This document shows, one piece after another, positions 42,864 through 52,351 of a DNA stretch of 55,105 bases. The DNA lies in the NCBI GenBank assembly GCA_011524855.1, contig WTJK01000062.1, positions 10,983 through 66,087 of the forward strand, written 5' to 3'. This DNA is from Methanobacteriota archaeon. Its GTDB lineage: Archaea > Thermoplasmatota > Poseidoniia > Poseidoniales > Poseidoniaceae. A program made the position numbers and the translations under genes. Below the pieces are notes generated by a model that was not told the DNA's origin, did no database searches, and worked only from the letters and a program-made list of their open reading frames with translations. The number at the start of each line of letters is the position of its first letter. Positions within the stretch are counted from its first letter, which is position 1.

Positions 42864-43709
42864 GTGGACGAAGGACGCGAAGAGCGGATGGCCGCCCTGC
42901 GTGCACGCGTCCAAGCACGCCTCGATGGCAACGAACCCTCGGACGAGGAGTTGGTCGTTCAAGCCTCTGCACTCACCGTCGAGACCCCACAGGCACGGGA
43001 TGAAGGCAACGATTGGTTGGCGATGCAGGACCGCGACATCGACCGCTGGCGGAACCTGGCGGCTGCGCTGATCTTGGTCGGCAGCATCCTCGGGATGATC
43101 AGCGGCGTCCTCATCCTCCAAGGCAACCCCACCAACCTGCTCGAAAGTTCATTGTTCAACAACGAGGCATCGGTGGAGATCACCGGATTGGTCTTGGACG
43201 AGGATGGGCGAGGCTTGGAGAACGTGTCGGTCGCACTTCAAGACGCCACGTCGGCCGCCGTGTTGCAGACCACCGTCACGGACCGAGATGGCTACTTCAC
43301 TTTCGAAAACATGGCCAACGAACCGCACGTGTTGGTGGTTGAAGCGGAAGGGTACACCACGATTGAACGGACCTTCACTCCGGACCGAGTGGAACTGCGA
43401 CCCGTGACCATGAAGACGGGAGAGGGCACGCAGGAAGAATCGGAAGGGGCTGCATCCACCGGTTGGACCCTCGACGACGCCGTGGGACTCTCCAGCATCA
43501 TCGGTGGCTTGACCGTCATCACGGCCTTCGCAGGCGTCCAAGCTGCTGTTGAATCACGACGCGGCGCAAAGTACCGTCGAGCACAGTACCTTGCTGGCGT
43601 GTCGTTGCTCAGCCGGGGCCTCATCATCATCGGACCAACGCTGATCTTGTTCGGGATGATCATCAACGTGCTCGCACGTTCCGACTACGACGACATGAGA
43701 GAGGACTGA
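42864..43709 (+). CDS. Membrane protein with carboxypeptidase-regulatory-like (prealbumin fold) domain
   Basis: ITGLV.DEDG..L.NV.V, TDRDGYF.F, VEAEGY between TM segments. Confidence 0.75.
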   Translation: MDEGREERMAALRARVQARLDGNEPSDEELVVQASALTVETPQARDEGNDWLAMQDRDIDRWRNLAAALILVGSILGMISGVLILQGNPTNLLESSLFNNEASVEITGLVLDEDGRGLENVSVALQDATSAAVLQTTVTDRDGYFTFENMANEPHVLVVEAEGYTTIERTFTPDRVELRPVTMKTGEGTQEESEGAASTGWTLDDAVGLSSIIGGLTVITAFAGVQAAVESRRGAKYRRAQYLAGVSLLSRGLIIIGPTLILFGMIINVLARSDYDDMRED

Positions 43710-43711
43710 AC

Positions 43712-45079
43712 ATGTACCTCATCACCGTGGAGGGTGGGGACGGTTCTGGGAAGGGCGAGGCAGCGAGGATTCTCGGAGAATTGCTCCAAGATTTTGCTTT
43801 TCCCGAGGTCGCCATGACCCACGAACCTCGACGTCACTCTGAATTGGGGAAGTTGGCGTTGTCCTCGGTGAAATTGGGGAACAAAACACCCCTGGAGGAA
43901 GCCGGTTTGTTCGCAGCTGACCGGTTGGATCATTCCCATACCTTCATCCGACCGCTGTTGGAACAAGGCACCGTGGTGGTGTCGGACCGCAACATCCACT
44001 CCTCCATCATCTACCAGGGCGTTGTCGGGGCGTTGGGTGTTGAGCAAGTGGCCAACATGAACGCAGCAGCCATGGTACCAGACCTCGTGTTTTGGATCGA
44101 TTGCGACCCGGCCAAAGCCATGCGGCGCATCAACAGCGGCACCCTTCGCATGACCAGCGAAAAGCAGGAATACTTCGAAACCCAAGAGATCCAAACCACC
44201 ATTCGACAAGGGTTCCATGCCCTTTTTGGCGACCAACAGCGCGTCCCGCCGCCGTTTGACAAATGCCATGTGGTTGGTCCCATCATGAACGAGGGAGGGC
44301 TGGATGAACTCAGGCGAAAATTGCGAAAGGAACTGCGCCGGTTCTTCAACCGTAAGCCAGCGCCGCTCAACGTGGACAAAGACCGCGTGGACCGTCATCT
44401 GCTCAACCGATTGGTCCACGAGGTGAAGCAGCAGCAACGTCTTCCGGGGGCGCCTCAGGAACGCACCGCCATCCACACCGATTGGCTCGGGGGGGCTTCG
44501 CCGGCGCATTGGATGGCCGATGCAGAAGCCCACTGGCCGTCGACCTCCGCCGAAGCCAGCGATGTCCCCCTCACACCGATGGCGCACTCCGTGTGGTCGG
44601 TCCTTGGCACGCTTTCCCTGATGGTAGGATCATCCGAGGTCCCACGGCTCTACGCTTCGTTGGGACCGGTTCGGACGGTCACGCAACGCCACACGCAACG
44701 GTTGGTCCGGTGGTTGCTCAACGAAAACTGGATCCACAAGCAGCAAAATCACGTGCCGTTTGCTGACGCTCAATTGTTCAAACTTCGAGATGAACGCCTC
44801 GGCTTCTCTCGTCTGACCCTCGCCGTCTGGCCGCTGCGTTCAGCGTTGGCGTCCTGGCGACGAAGCCACCCGGACGCCCCGTGGGAAGACGCCATGGGCG
44901 ACGTGTTGTCGGTCAAGGAAGGGCGGACGTTGTCCGCTGCGTTGCAGAAAGCCGTTCGAGACATCAACGAGCGGTTGGCCATTTTGTCCAGCGGGCACGA
45001 AGGGTGCCCGTTGCCCGAAACCGCCGAGGAACTGATCGTTTGGTGGTCCATGGCCCCGCCAAATCACTCCGATTCCTGA
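43712..45079 (+). CDS. tmk: Thymidylate kinase with an approximately 240-aa C-terminal extension
   Basis: ITVEGGDGSGK, HEP, LFAADRLDH, VSDR...SSIIYQG, PDLVFWID. Confidence 0.88.
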   Translation: MYLITVEGGDGSGKGEAARILGELLQDFAFPEVAMTHEPRRHSELGKLALSSVKLGNKTPLEEAGLFAADRLDHSHTFIRPLLEQGTVVVSDRNIHSSIIYQGVVGALGVEQVANMNAAAMVPDLVFWIDCDPAKAMRRINSGTLRMTSEKQEYFETQEIQTTIRQGFHALFGDQQRVPPPFDKCHVVGPIMNEGGLDELRRKLRKELRRFFNRKPAPLNVDKDRVDRHLLNRLVHEVKQQQRLPGAPQERTAIHTDWLGGASPAHWMADAEAHWPSTSAEASDVPLTPMAHSVWSVLGTLSLMVGSSEVPRLYASLGPVRTVTQRHTQRLVRWLLNENWIHKQQNHVPFADAQLFKLRDERLGFSRLTLAVWPLRSALASWRRSHPDAPWEDAMGDVLSVKEGRTLSAALQKAVRDINERLAILSSGHEGCPLPETAEELIVWWSMAPPNHSDS

Positions 45080-45900
45080 GCGTTTGCACCGTCTTGCGCC
45101 AACACAAATCGGGACGAACCCGGCAACAGCACGTGCCCTGCGGTGGCGAACGCATCAGCTCGCGCAGCGAACATGGAACACATCAGGATGCCCAAACCGA
45201 AGCCAAAGGGGACCCCGGTCAAGACACGTTTAACGTTGGTGGATTCGTAAGGGGTGAGCAACTGCAGGAACCCATCCAAGATCAACGGCAGGCAGAGCAA
45301 GAGGCCAACGCCGAACCAAACAAGCGTTCGACGGTTGTTGGCATACACCGGCTGGAGCCACGTTTCCGGCAGCAAGGAGAGGCAGGTATCGCGCACCGTC
45401 CAACGGTTCCACCCACGGCGGTGAAACACGGCGCCACCGACGAACAGACCGAAGAAAATCCCCACATCTCGGGTGCAGACAGGCATTTGATTTCCGTTGA
45501 TTTCCAGCGAACGCTCATGCTTTTGGTGGCAGTTCAAGTCACCAAACCCGTACATGAAGGCTGCATAGGGATTCAAATCGGTCCATGCCAATTGCCCCGT
45601 GGCATGCAACCGGCCCTCGTCATCGATGTAGAGGTTGGTCGCATCGTTGCCAGCCGAGCCCCACCCGTTTTGCGTGGCGAAGTCAATGGCGTTGGCTCGT
45701 CCTTGCAGGTCGTTTACCGTGCCGGCCTCGAGGCTCCAAGGAGCGAGGAAAAACGAGGCGAAGAGAAAACCACACACGCCGAAGACCCAACGCCCAATGC
45801 GGGCTTCACGGTGCCGGTCGGCCAATCCGTTTCGCTCCACGTGGTGAACACAGGACGCAGCGGTAAAGACCTTGTGTGAAGGAAAGGCTTCAAGTTCCAC
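45064..45900 (-). CDS. DUF2085-type membrane protein
   Basis: CHQKHERS...GNQMPVCTRDVGIF, P..LDG..Q, YESTN..R..TG. The real start is probably GTG near 45840. Confidence 0.8.
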   Translation of the reverse strand: MELEAFPSHKVFTAASCVHHVERNGLADRHREARIGRWVFGVCGFLFASFFLAPWSLEAGTVNDLQGRANAIDFATQNGWGSAGNDATNLYIDDEGRLHATGQLAWTDLNPYAAFMYGFGDLNCHQKHERSLEINGNQMPVCTRDVGIFFGLFVGGAVFHRRGWNRWTVRDTCLSLLPETWLQPVYANNRRTLVWFGVGLLLCLPLILDGFLQLLTPYESTNVKRVLTGVPFGFGLGILMCSMFAARADAFATAGHVLLPGSSRFVLAQDGANAQESE

Positions 45901-45918
45901 TCACCCTCAAAATCACCC

Positions 45919-46551
45919 ATGAAGGAACCCGAGGTCCGACGCATCGGGCTGTTCACGGGGGTCCAAGCCGGGTTTGTGGTCGGCGTCTTCTTGGGATTCT
46001 CAATGGCGGTGGTAGCTGCCTTGACCCGCTCGGAGGATTTGCTGCTCGTCGCTCAACTGCTGTGCATCACCCCGCTGATCACCGCTGTCACGCTTGGTCC
46101 TGCTCTGGGCTGGCGCACCGTACCCGTTACCTTGCACCAAGACCGTTTGCAGGAAGCACGCACAGCCTTGGAACCGCTGAACGAAGGACGAGGCCGGTGG
46201 CGCGTGCTGAGTCATACCCGAAGCGACGGGCAGACGACCCGTGTGGACCTTCACGACTCGCGTGACCCACTTGCAATCGTCAAGACCGCTCTGGAGGCGG
46301 CCGGAGACCAACCGGTGCGATTTGTGGTGGGGCGAGGGCAGCCCAACAGTCGCGCCCCCTCGTTGCGGCCAACCGTGCTGAGCCACCTTGAGCGCACCGT
46401 CCCTGCTCACCGGCTGCGCAGCACGCGGTCCATGATCGAAGTCATGCCCGAGGCGTACATTGAACACCTGAACGCCACCCAGCGAATGCATCGACGGCTG
46501 CTGTTGTTGGTCCCCGTTGCCATGACCATGGTGTGGCTTGAACTTCGTTGA
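45919..46551 (+). CDS. Membrane protein containing an Smr-like domain
   Basis: Two N-terminal TMs; VDLHD...VRFVVGRG..NS....LR..V...L; C-terminal hydrophobic segment. Confidence 0.65.
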   Translation: MKEPEVRRIGLFTGVQAGFVVGVFLGFSMAVVAALTRSEDLLLVAQLLCITPLITAVTLGPALGWRTVPVTLHQDRLQEARTALEPLNEGRGRWRVLSHTRSDGQTTRVDLHDSRDPLAIVKTALEAAGDQPVRFVVGRGQPNSRAPSLRPTVLSHLERTVPAHRLRSTRSMIEVMPEAYIEHLNATQRMHRRLLLLVPVAMTMVWLELR

Positions 46552-46591
46552 ACGTCAGCAGGGCTTTGAAGGACGGCGTGTTGCTACGCCC

Positions 46592-47584
46592 ATGCCCACC
46601 GACCTCGGTCGAGCCATGCAGCGCTTGACGCACCGGGACATTCGGACCCGTCGCCGGGCGATTCGTGATTTGTACGAACACGACCGCCCTGAGGCGCTTG
46701 ACGGCTTCGTCACGTTGCTCGATGATGACGATCCTTGGTTTGTGGCGAAAGCCGTGGAAGCGCACCGAAAATGGGCGCCGTTGCGAGGCGTCGAAGCGCT
46801 TGAGCCCATGCTGAACCACACTGACGTGGGTGTTCGACAAGCGGGTGCAAACCTGTTGGACGAGTTTGGAGTGGAAGCCATGGACACCGCACACCGACTT
46901 CTCTCGGATGCCGATGCCACCGTGCAGCAGCATGCTGCACGCTGGCTCATCAAAAACGGCGACGAGGAAGCCCGTGCTGCATTGGCCAACCATCCCAATG
47001 TCGTCGTCCGCCGAGCCTTGTTCATGCGAACGAACTTGCCGACTGAACTGCTCGAAATCGGTTTGTCCGACGACCATGAGAGCGTGCAACGTCTGGCACT
47101 CCAAGGAATTCTCCGGTCAGGACGGCCCGTGAACAACGATGTCATCGAACCCCACCTCAACACAACCTCTCCTACGCCCGAGTTGGTCTGGTGGGTGGCT
47201 CAACACCACCCCTCGATGCTGGCACCGTTGCTTCCGTTGCTCACGGGACGCCCCCGCAAGGCCCTCGCCAACCTTTTGCGCGAAACGGTGAAATCGTCAG
47301 AAGATCTTCAGGTTGAGCGGTGGTTCGAAGCGAACGGTCACGATCTTGTGACCAAGTGGGTGCTCCACCGAGGTCCGGAGGAGGATGCGTTGCGGTGGTC
47401 GCTGATCAGCATGGAATCGGTCCCCGTTATTGAGCGGTCCATTTTGCTTGAACGCTTGATTGGGCGAGCCAACGACCCTTCCGTACGGGAACACGTGAAA
47501 GCGCTGTTGGCGAGCGACCTCCACCCTCTGCTTCGCGTCGCATGCGAGAACCTATCAACCGCCGCACTGGAACTGGACGCATGA
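46592..47584 (+). CDS. HEAT-repeat protein
   Basis: Repeats LLDDDDPWFV..AV, LNHTDVGVRQAGA, LLSDADATVQQHAA, HPNVVVRRA, LSDDHESVQRLAL. Confidence 0.8.
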   Translation: MPTDLGRAMQRLTHRDIRTRRRAIRDLYEHDRPEALDGFVTLLDDDDPWFVAKAVEAHRKWAPLRGVEALEPMLNHTDVGVRQAGANLLDEFGVEAMDTAHRLLSDADATVQQHAARWLIKNGDEEARAALANHPNVVVRRALFMRTNLPTELLEIGLSDDHESVQRLALQGILRSGRPVNNDVIEPHLNTTSPTPELVWWVAQHHPSMLAPLLPLLTGRPRKALANLLRETVKSSEDLQVERWFEANGHDLVTKWVLHRGPEEDALRWSLISMESVPVIERSILLERLIGRANDPSVREHVKALLASDLHPLLRVACENLSTAALELDA

Positions 47585-49392
47585 GTTCAACCTCGTCCGG
47601 AATGACCTTCACCCTCGATGCGACAAACGGTGCGGAGCACCGGCTTGAGGTGGGTCTGGACATCGAAGGACCGTTCACTTCACGCAACCTTCACCTCAAA
47701 TTCCCTCGCTGGGTGCCTGGCTCGTACATGATTCGAGAGCCCATTCAGCACATGTTCAATTTCACCGCCGTTGACCAGGCGGGTCGGCCACTGACCGCGA
47801 AACGGCTTGACGTCGACGGCATGGTCGTCCATCTGCGAGCCAACACCACGCAGGTCCGCCTCGCCTACGACCTGTTTGCACGTGAGCTGTCGGTGCGGTC
47901 CAACCACCTCGATGCTTCTCACCTTCACATGATGCCACCGTTCACGTGGTTTTGGCCGACCAAAGGGGTGGATCCTGAACGCTGCCATCTCGGGCACACG
48001 GTCGAGTTGATCGCACCCAAAACATGGACACCTGCCACCCAACTGCCCCCCGTCGAGGACATGGAGCAAGGCGACGCTGGCCACCGTTGGGTCTTTGCTG
48101 CGAAGAACCGCGACCACCTGCTGGACAGCATCATGGAAGTCAACCCCAACCCGATGATTTCCCGTGACATCGACGGTCGACTCCACCACCTGAAAATCTG
48201 GGACAGCGGAGGCCACGCCGTGCACCCAGAACGGCTGGCCGTGTTTGAGGATGACATGGAAAAAATCGTTCGAGAACACCACGCGTTGTTCGGCGTCCCC
48301 TCCTGGGGCGAATACTACACCGTCTTGCAACTCACCGACACAGGACGAGGGGGGCTTGAACACATGAACTCACAAACCTCGATGATGCCGAGGTCATGCC
48401 TGTTTCCGGGTCACGACGATGAATACCGTGACCTCGTGAGTTTGTTTTCCCATGAGTACCTCCACCAGTGGAACGTCAAGCGGTTGAAACCCACTTCGTT
48501 CCTGGATTATGACCTCCAACACGAGGGGCACACGGACCTTCTTTGGTGGTTTGAAGGAGGGACTTCGTGGCTGGGCGACATGATGTGTGTTCGGTCAGGT
48601 GCGTGGACCGAAGCGGATTGGCGCAAGGATTTCCTTCGAAAGATGAACCGGCACACCCGCTGCAACGGCTGCCACAGGGAATCGCTTGCGGAATCAAGTC
48701 ACGATGCGTGGATTCACCTCTATAGAAGCGGCCCCTACACGAGAGAAAGTCAAATCTCGTATTACCTTGAAGGCGAATTGGCGATGATGTGCTTGGACAC
48801 CGAGCTCCGCCGACGAAACGGCGACACCTACGGCGCCTGCAACTTGATGGCCGATGTGGTCGCTGCTCACGCCATGGACACCGATGCACCAAGAGGCCTC
48901 GGCGTGGACTACGCCGACTTGAGAAGCGCGCTTCAACGCGCCCCGGGCGGTGCTTCCATGGGTCCGTTCCTCGATCGGTTGGTCAAGCACCGTCAACCAC
49001 CGCCTGTGGAGAAGGCCATGCGGTTTTTCCGACTCAAATTGACCCCTGAACACGAACCAAAACCCGAAGCTGCATGGCTCGGCGTGGGCCTGAACGACAA
49101 CGGGAACCGCACGCGAATCACCACCTTCCACGCCGGCTCCCCCATGCGTCTTTTGGCCCAAGTGGGCGACGAAATCGTGGCCGTGGAAGGCCTGCGCGTC
49201 ACTTCAGCTGCCCATCTGAGCAAATTGCTTCAAGGCCGAGCTGACCAACCAACATCGTTGAGCATCGTCCACGAAGGGGTGCTCAGCGTCATCACGGTAA
49301 CGCCGAGTGCACCGCCGCAGCACGGTACGAAATTGACAGGAAAAGGCAACGACCGCTGGCGAGCGTGGATCGCATCTCGTCAGTCGTCTTGA
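47581..49392 (+). CDS. M61 glycyl aminopeptidase with C-terminal PDZ domain
   Basis: P.WVPGSY.IRE, GGLEH..S, HEYLHQWNVKR, LWWFEGGTSW, SYY..G, GDEIVAVEG. Confidence 0.93.
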   Translation: MSSTSSGMTFTLDATNGAEHRLEVGLDIEGPFTSRNLHLKFPRWVPGSYMIREPIQHMFNFTAVDQAGRPLTAKRLDVDGMVVHLRANTTQVRLAYDLFARELSVRSNHLDASHLHMMPPFTWFWPTKGVDPERCHLGHTVELIAPKTWTPATQLPPVEDMEQGDAGHRWVFAAKNRDHLLDSIMEVNPNPMISRDIDGRLHHLKIWDSGGHAVHPERLAVFEDDMEKIVREHHALFGVPSWGEYYTVLQLTDTGRGGLEHMNSQTSMMPRSCLFPGHDDEYRDLVSLFSHEYLHQWNVKRLKPTSFLDYDLQHEGHTDLLWWFEGGTSWLGDMMCVRSGAWTEADWRKDFLRKMNRHTRCNGCHRESLAESSHDAWIHLYRSGPYTRESQISYYLEGELAMMCLDTELRRRNGDTYGACNLMADVVAAHAMDTDAPRGLGVDYADLRSALQRAPGGASMGPFLDRLVKHRQPPPVEKAMRFFRLKLTPEHEPKPEAAWLGVGLNDNGNRTRITTFHAGSPMRLLAQVGDEIVAVEGLRVTSAAHLSKLLQGRADQPTSLSIVHEGVLSVITVTPSAPPQHGTKLTGKGNDRWRAWIASRQSS

Positions 49393-49805
49393 AGCAGCAT
49401 CAATCGGTCCAGCGGCACGTGAATGGGCGGCATGTCATCGGTGATGGCGTGACGGCTCGTTTTCGGGGGAAAAACTTCATCGGACAATCCCATTTCAATC
49501 ACTTCGCTTTTGGTGAGTGTTTCCCGTCCTGATGCTGGCCAAGCCGTTACCGTAATGCGGTCGTCCGTCAGGTAATCAACGCACACCGCAGGCACCCGCA
49601 TCAACCCCAGGTCAACCCCCACGTGGTAGCGGTGGTGACCGTCCAGAATAACACCCGTCCGTTTGTCGACAAGAAGCGGCTTGGTGTACCCGTTCCACCG
49701 TTGCGTCATCTCGAAGAGTTTGTCTTTGTTTCGAGGCTTGATGGCCTCGTGGGTTTTCAACCACGCCAAAGGGACCAACTGGATTTCATCCTCCTTCCAC
49801 TCCAT
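49380..49805 (-). CDS. Stand-alone ParB/Sulfiredoxin-fold protein (SerK-like motifs)
   Basis: LKTHE, PLLVD...ILDGHHRY, VPAV.VDY, FPPKTSRH. Confidence 0.8.
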   Translation of the reverse strand: MEWKEDEIQLVPLAWLKTHEAIKPRNKDKLFEMTQRWNGYTKPLLVDKRTGVILDGHHRYHVGVDLGLMRVPAVCVDYLTDDRITVTAWPASGRETLTKSEVIEMGLSDEVFPPKTSRHAITDDMPPIHVPLDRLMLLQDD

Positions 49806-49880
49806 TGTCCCTGCTCACGCATGTTCGTCATAATCCTTTTTCACCAAGGAGACTGACAGACCGCTAACTGGAGGAGGACG

Positions 49881-51272
49881 ATGATGAACGGTCCCACCGC
49901 ACCGCTTCCTTCCGCCGACCTTCCTGGTCAACCCCTTCCCGCCGAGATGGAGGGTTGGCTGGAAGAACTTCCCGACGATGTGATGGAGATCATCAAGACC
50001 TTGCAGGCCAACGGCTACCGAGCATGGCTGGTGGGCGGCTGCGTTCGCGATGCATGGTTGGGTGCACGGGGCGGTGACATCGACCTTTGCACGACCAGCC
50101 CTCCTCAGACCACTTTGGACATCTTTGGCGACCAAGCCATTCCCACCGGGATCGATTTCGGCACCGTGAGCGTCAAAGGCCAACATGGAATCTACGAGGT
50201 GACCACCTTGCGTACGGAATCGCTGTACAAAGACGGTCGAAGGCCCACCAACGTCGCATGGGGAACATCGTTGCGTGAAGACCTCAAACGACGGGATTTC
50301 ACCATCAACAGCATGGCAGTTGACCCGCTTGAACATCGATTGTACGACCCGCACAGGGGCGTGGACGACCTCATGAACCGTCGAATACGCGCCGTCGGCA
50401 GACCCATGGAACGGTGCAACGAAGATGCTTTGCGCATCCTGAGAGCTTACCGGTTTTGGGGCGTCCACGATGCGAAGGCTTGGACCATCGACGAAACCTT
50501 GCATCAGGCCTTGGTGCTGTTGCGGACGAGGTTGGATCTGATCGCCGTTGAACGGAAATGGGTCGAATTGCGGAAAATCATCCTCGGACCGTCGCCGGGT
50601 CACGTCTTGGCACAAATGCAACACGACGGCGTCCTGCACCACGTCGTGCGAGGATTGCGACCGGTTCCACCCCCTCAACTGACGATGCTGGATGGAACGG
50701 AGGCCAACAGCTGGGGGCTCCATCATCGATTGGCGACCCTCATGCATCACCATGCCATCGAGGACATCAACCCCGTGCTTCAAGGATTAACGGCGCCAAA
50801 ATCCGTGATTCAAGGCACGGTGAAGTTCGCTCAATCACTCGCAGCGGTCCCGAAAGCCAGCACACCGTCGTTACGCGTTTTCGCCCATGCCATGGGAACC
50901 GAGGCCCTTCATCATGCCACCTTCCATCGCCTCGGACTTCAATGCGGACTGCAACATCAAGCGAACGAATCGCTTGTCAATGCCTACCTGGATGCGTGGT
51001 CAGCGATACCGTACCGTCTTGAGCCCGTTGAAGCGTTGGTGGACGGCCGCTGGTTGATGCAACGAACGGGGTTGCCCAGCGGGCGCCGTTTGGGACGGTT
51101 GAAGGGGTGGGTGCACCGATTGCAAATCGAACGAGGATTGCGCACGGCGGCTGAGGTGGAGACGACCCTGAACACGCTCCCGTTTGTTCACGGCGACCCC
51201 GAAACATGGCCTCAGCCCAACTTCCCCACAGATGCAGGCAGTATCTTCATCACCACGCAAGGAGTGGATTAA
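49881..51272 (+). CDS. cca: Class II tRNA nucleotidyltransferase (CCA-adding enzyme / poly(A) polymerase family)
   Basis: LVGGCVRD..LG...DID, EVTTLR, RRDFTINSMA, EDALRILRA.RF, ERKWVEL.K. Confidence 0.9.
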   Translation: MMNGPTAPLPSADLPGQPLPAEMEGWLEELPDDVMEIIKTLQANGYRAWLVGGCVRDAWLGARGGDIDLCTTSPPQTTLDIFGDQAIPTGIDFGTVSVKGQHGIYEVTTLRTESLYKDGRRPTNVAWGTSLREDLKRRDFTINSMAVDPLEHRLYDPHRGVDDLMNRRIRAVGRPMERCNEDALRILRAYRFWGVHDAKAWTIDETLHQALVLLRTRLDLIAVERKWVELRKIILGPSPGHVLAQMQHDGVLHHVVRGLRPVPPPQLTMLDGTEANSWGLHHRLATLMHHHAIEDINPVLQGLTAPKSVIQGTVKFAQSLAAVPKASTPSLRVFAHAMGTEALHHATFHRLGLQCGLQHQANESLVNAYLDAWSAIPYRLEPVEALVDGRWLMQRTGLPSGRRLGRLKGWVHRLQIERGLRTAAEVETTLNTLPFVHGDPETWPQPNFPTDAGSIFITTQGVD

Positions 51273-51274
51273 GC

Positions 51275-52351
51275 ATGGCCGCCAACATCGTGCTGCCCAA
51301 AAAAGAAATTTTTCTGGCGAGGTCCCAAGCCATCGGTGCCAACGTCGACAAGATCACGAAAAGCAATCGCATGGCAAAATTGCTCGTCGACAACTTTCGA
51401 GGTTGGGTCAGCTCCGCCGCAGTCTCACCGTTGGAACTCACCGTGCGCATGGACAAAGACCAGAACGGTTTGATTTCAGGCGATGAATTCGCCGATCTGC
51501 TCGGGACCATGACCGGAGAGCGACCGCCCGGTTGGGTCACGGAACTGATGTTCTCGTTCGCAGGCGCTTCCCCTGACATTGGCATTGCGGTCGGAGAATG
51601 GCTTGCCTTGTTGGCAGCCCTCGGCGTGGAAGTCCCTGACGACCTCTTCGCTTCGGAAGTACCGCTCACCGGCGCCATATCGATTGAACCCGATGGACCG
51701 CATCGCGTTGATGAGACGTTAACCGTCAGGCTGTCGTTTTCGAGGCGTGTTGAAGGATACGACTTGGTCGTTGAGCAGGAGGGAGCGAACGATGTGGAGC
51801 GACTTTCGGTTCCCCCCACAGAGATGGACGGAGGAACCTTTGATGATTTGGAATTGACACCCGATGAAGCCGACCGCTACACCCTGCGTTTGATGCACGG
51901 TGATGTTTGTCTGGCGACCTCGGTGATCGATGTGCGAGGAGCCGTCTTGGAGCCCACCCCGATCGTTGCCGAGGAACCGGAACGTCCACCGACCCCGAGC
52001 GAACCTACCGAGGCCGTTGTGGAAGCACCCGTCGCACCCTCACCCAACACCCTTGCCGATTTGGTTGACCACCTGGCCGAATGCAAGCTGCGCAGCGAAG
52101 CCATTGGAGCAGCGAAGGCGGCGCCGTTGATGATGCTTCACGGCATCGTGACGGAAACGTCCACCACGCTCTTGGGGCCCGAAGGTTATCGAAACAGCGA
52201 AACGTTGGTCGTGCAAGCAGGTGCTCACTTGATTGAAGTCATGATGAAGACGGCCGAAAGATACCCTGAGATTGGCACAGAAGTGTCAATGACGGTTCAA
52301 CCAAGCGATTGGTCCCTGGCACGCCGTCGAATGATGGCGCTTGAGCACTGA
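51275..52351 (+). CDS. Hypothetical protein with an EF-hand, Ig-like middle region, Pro/Glu linker and OB-like tail
   Basis: Canonical EF loop DKDQNGLISGDE; 2-bp gap after the CCA gene. Confidence 0.65.
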   Translation: MAANIVLPKKEIFLARSQAIGANVDKITKSNRMAKLLVDNFRGWVSSAAVSPLELTVRMDKDQNGLISGDEFADLLGTMTGERPPGWVTELMFSFAGASPDIGIAVGEWLALLAALGVEVPDDLFASEVPLTGAISIEPDGPHRVDETLTVRLSFSRRVEGYDLVVEQEGANDVERLSVPPTEMDGGTFDDLELTPDEADRYTLRLMHGDVCLATSVIDVRGAVLEPTPIVAEEPERPPTPSEPTEAVVEAPVAPSPNTLADLVDHLAECKLRSEAIGAAKAAPLMMLHGIVTETSTTLLGPEGYRNSETLVVQAGAHLIEVMMKTAERYPEIGTEVSMTVQPSDWSLARRRMMALEH

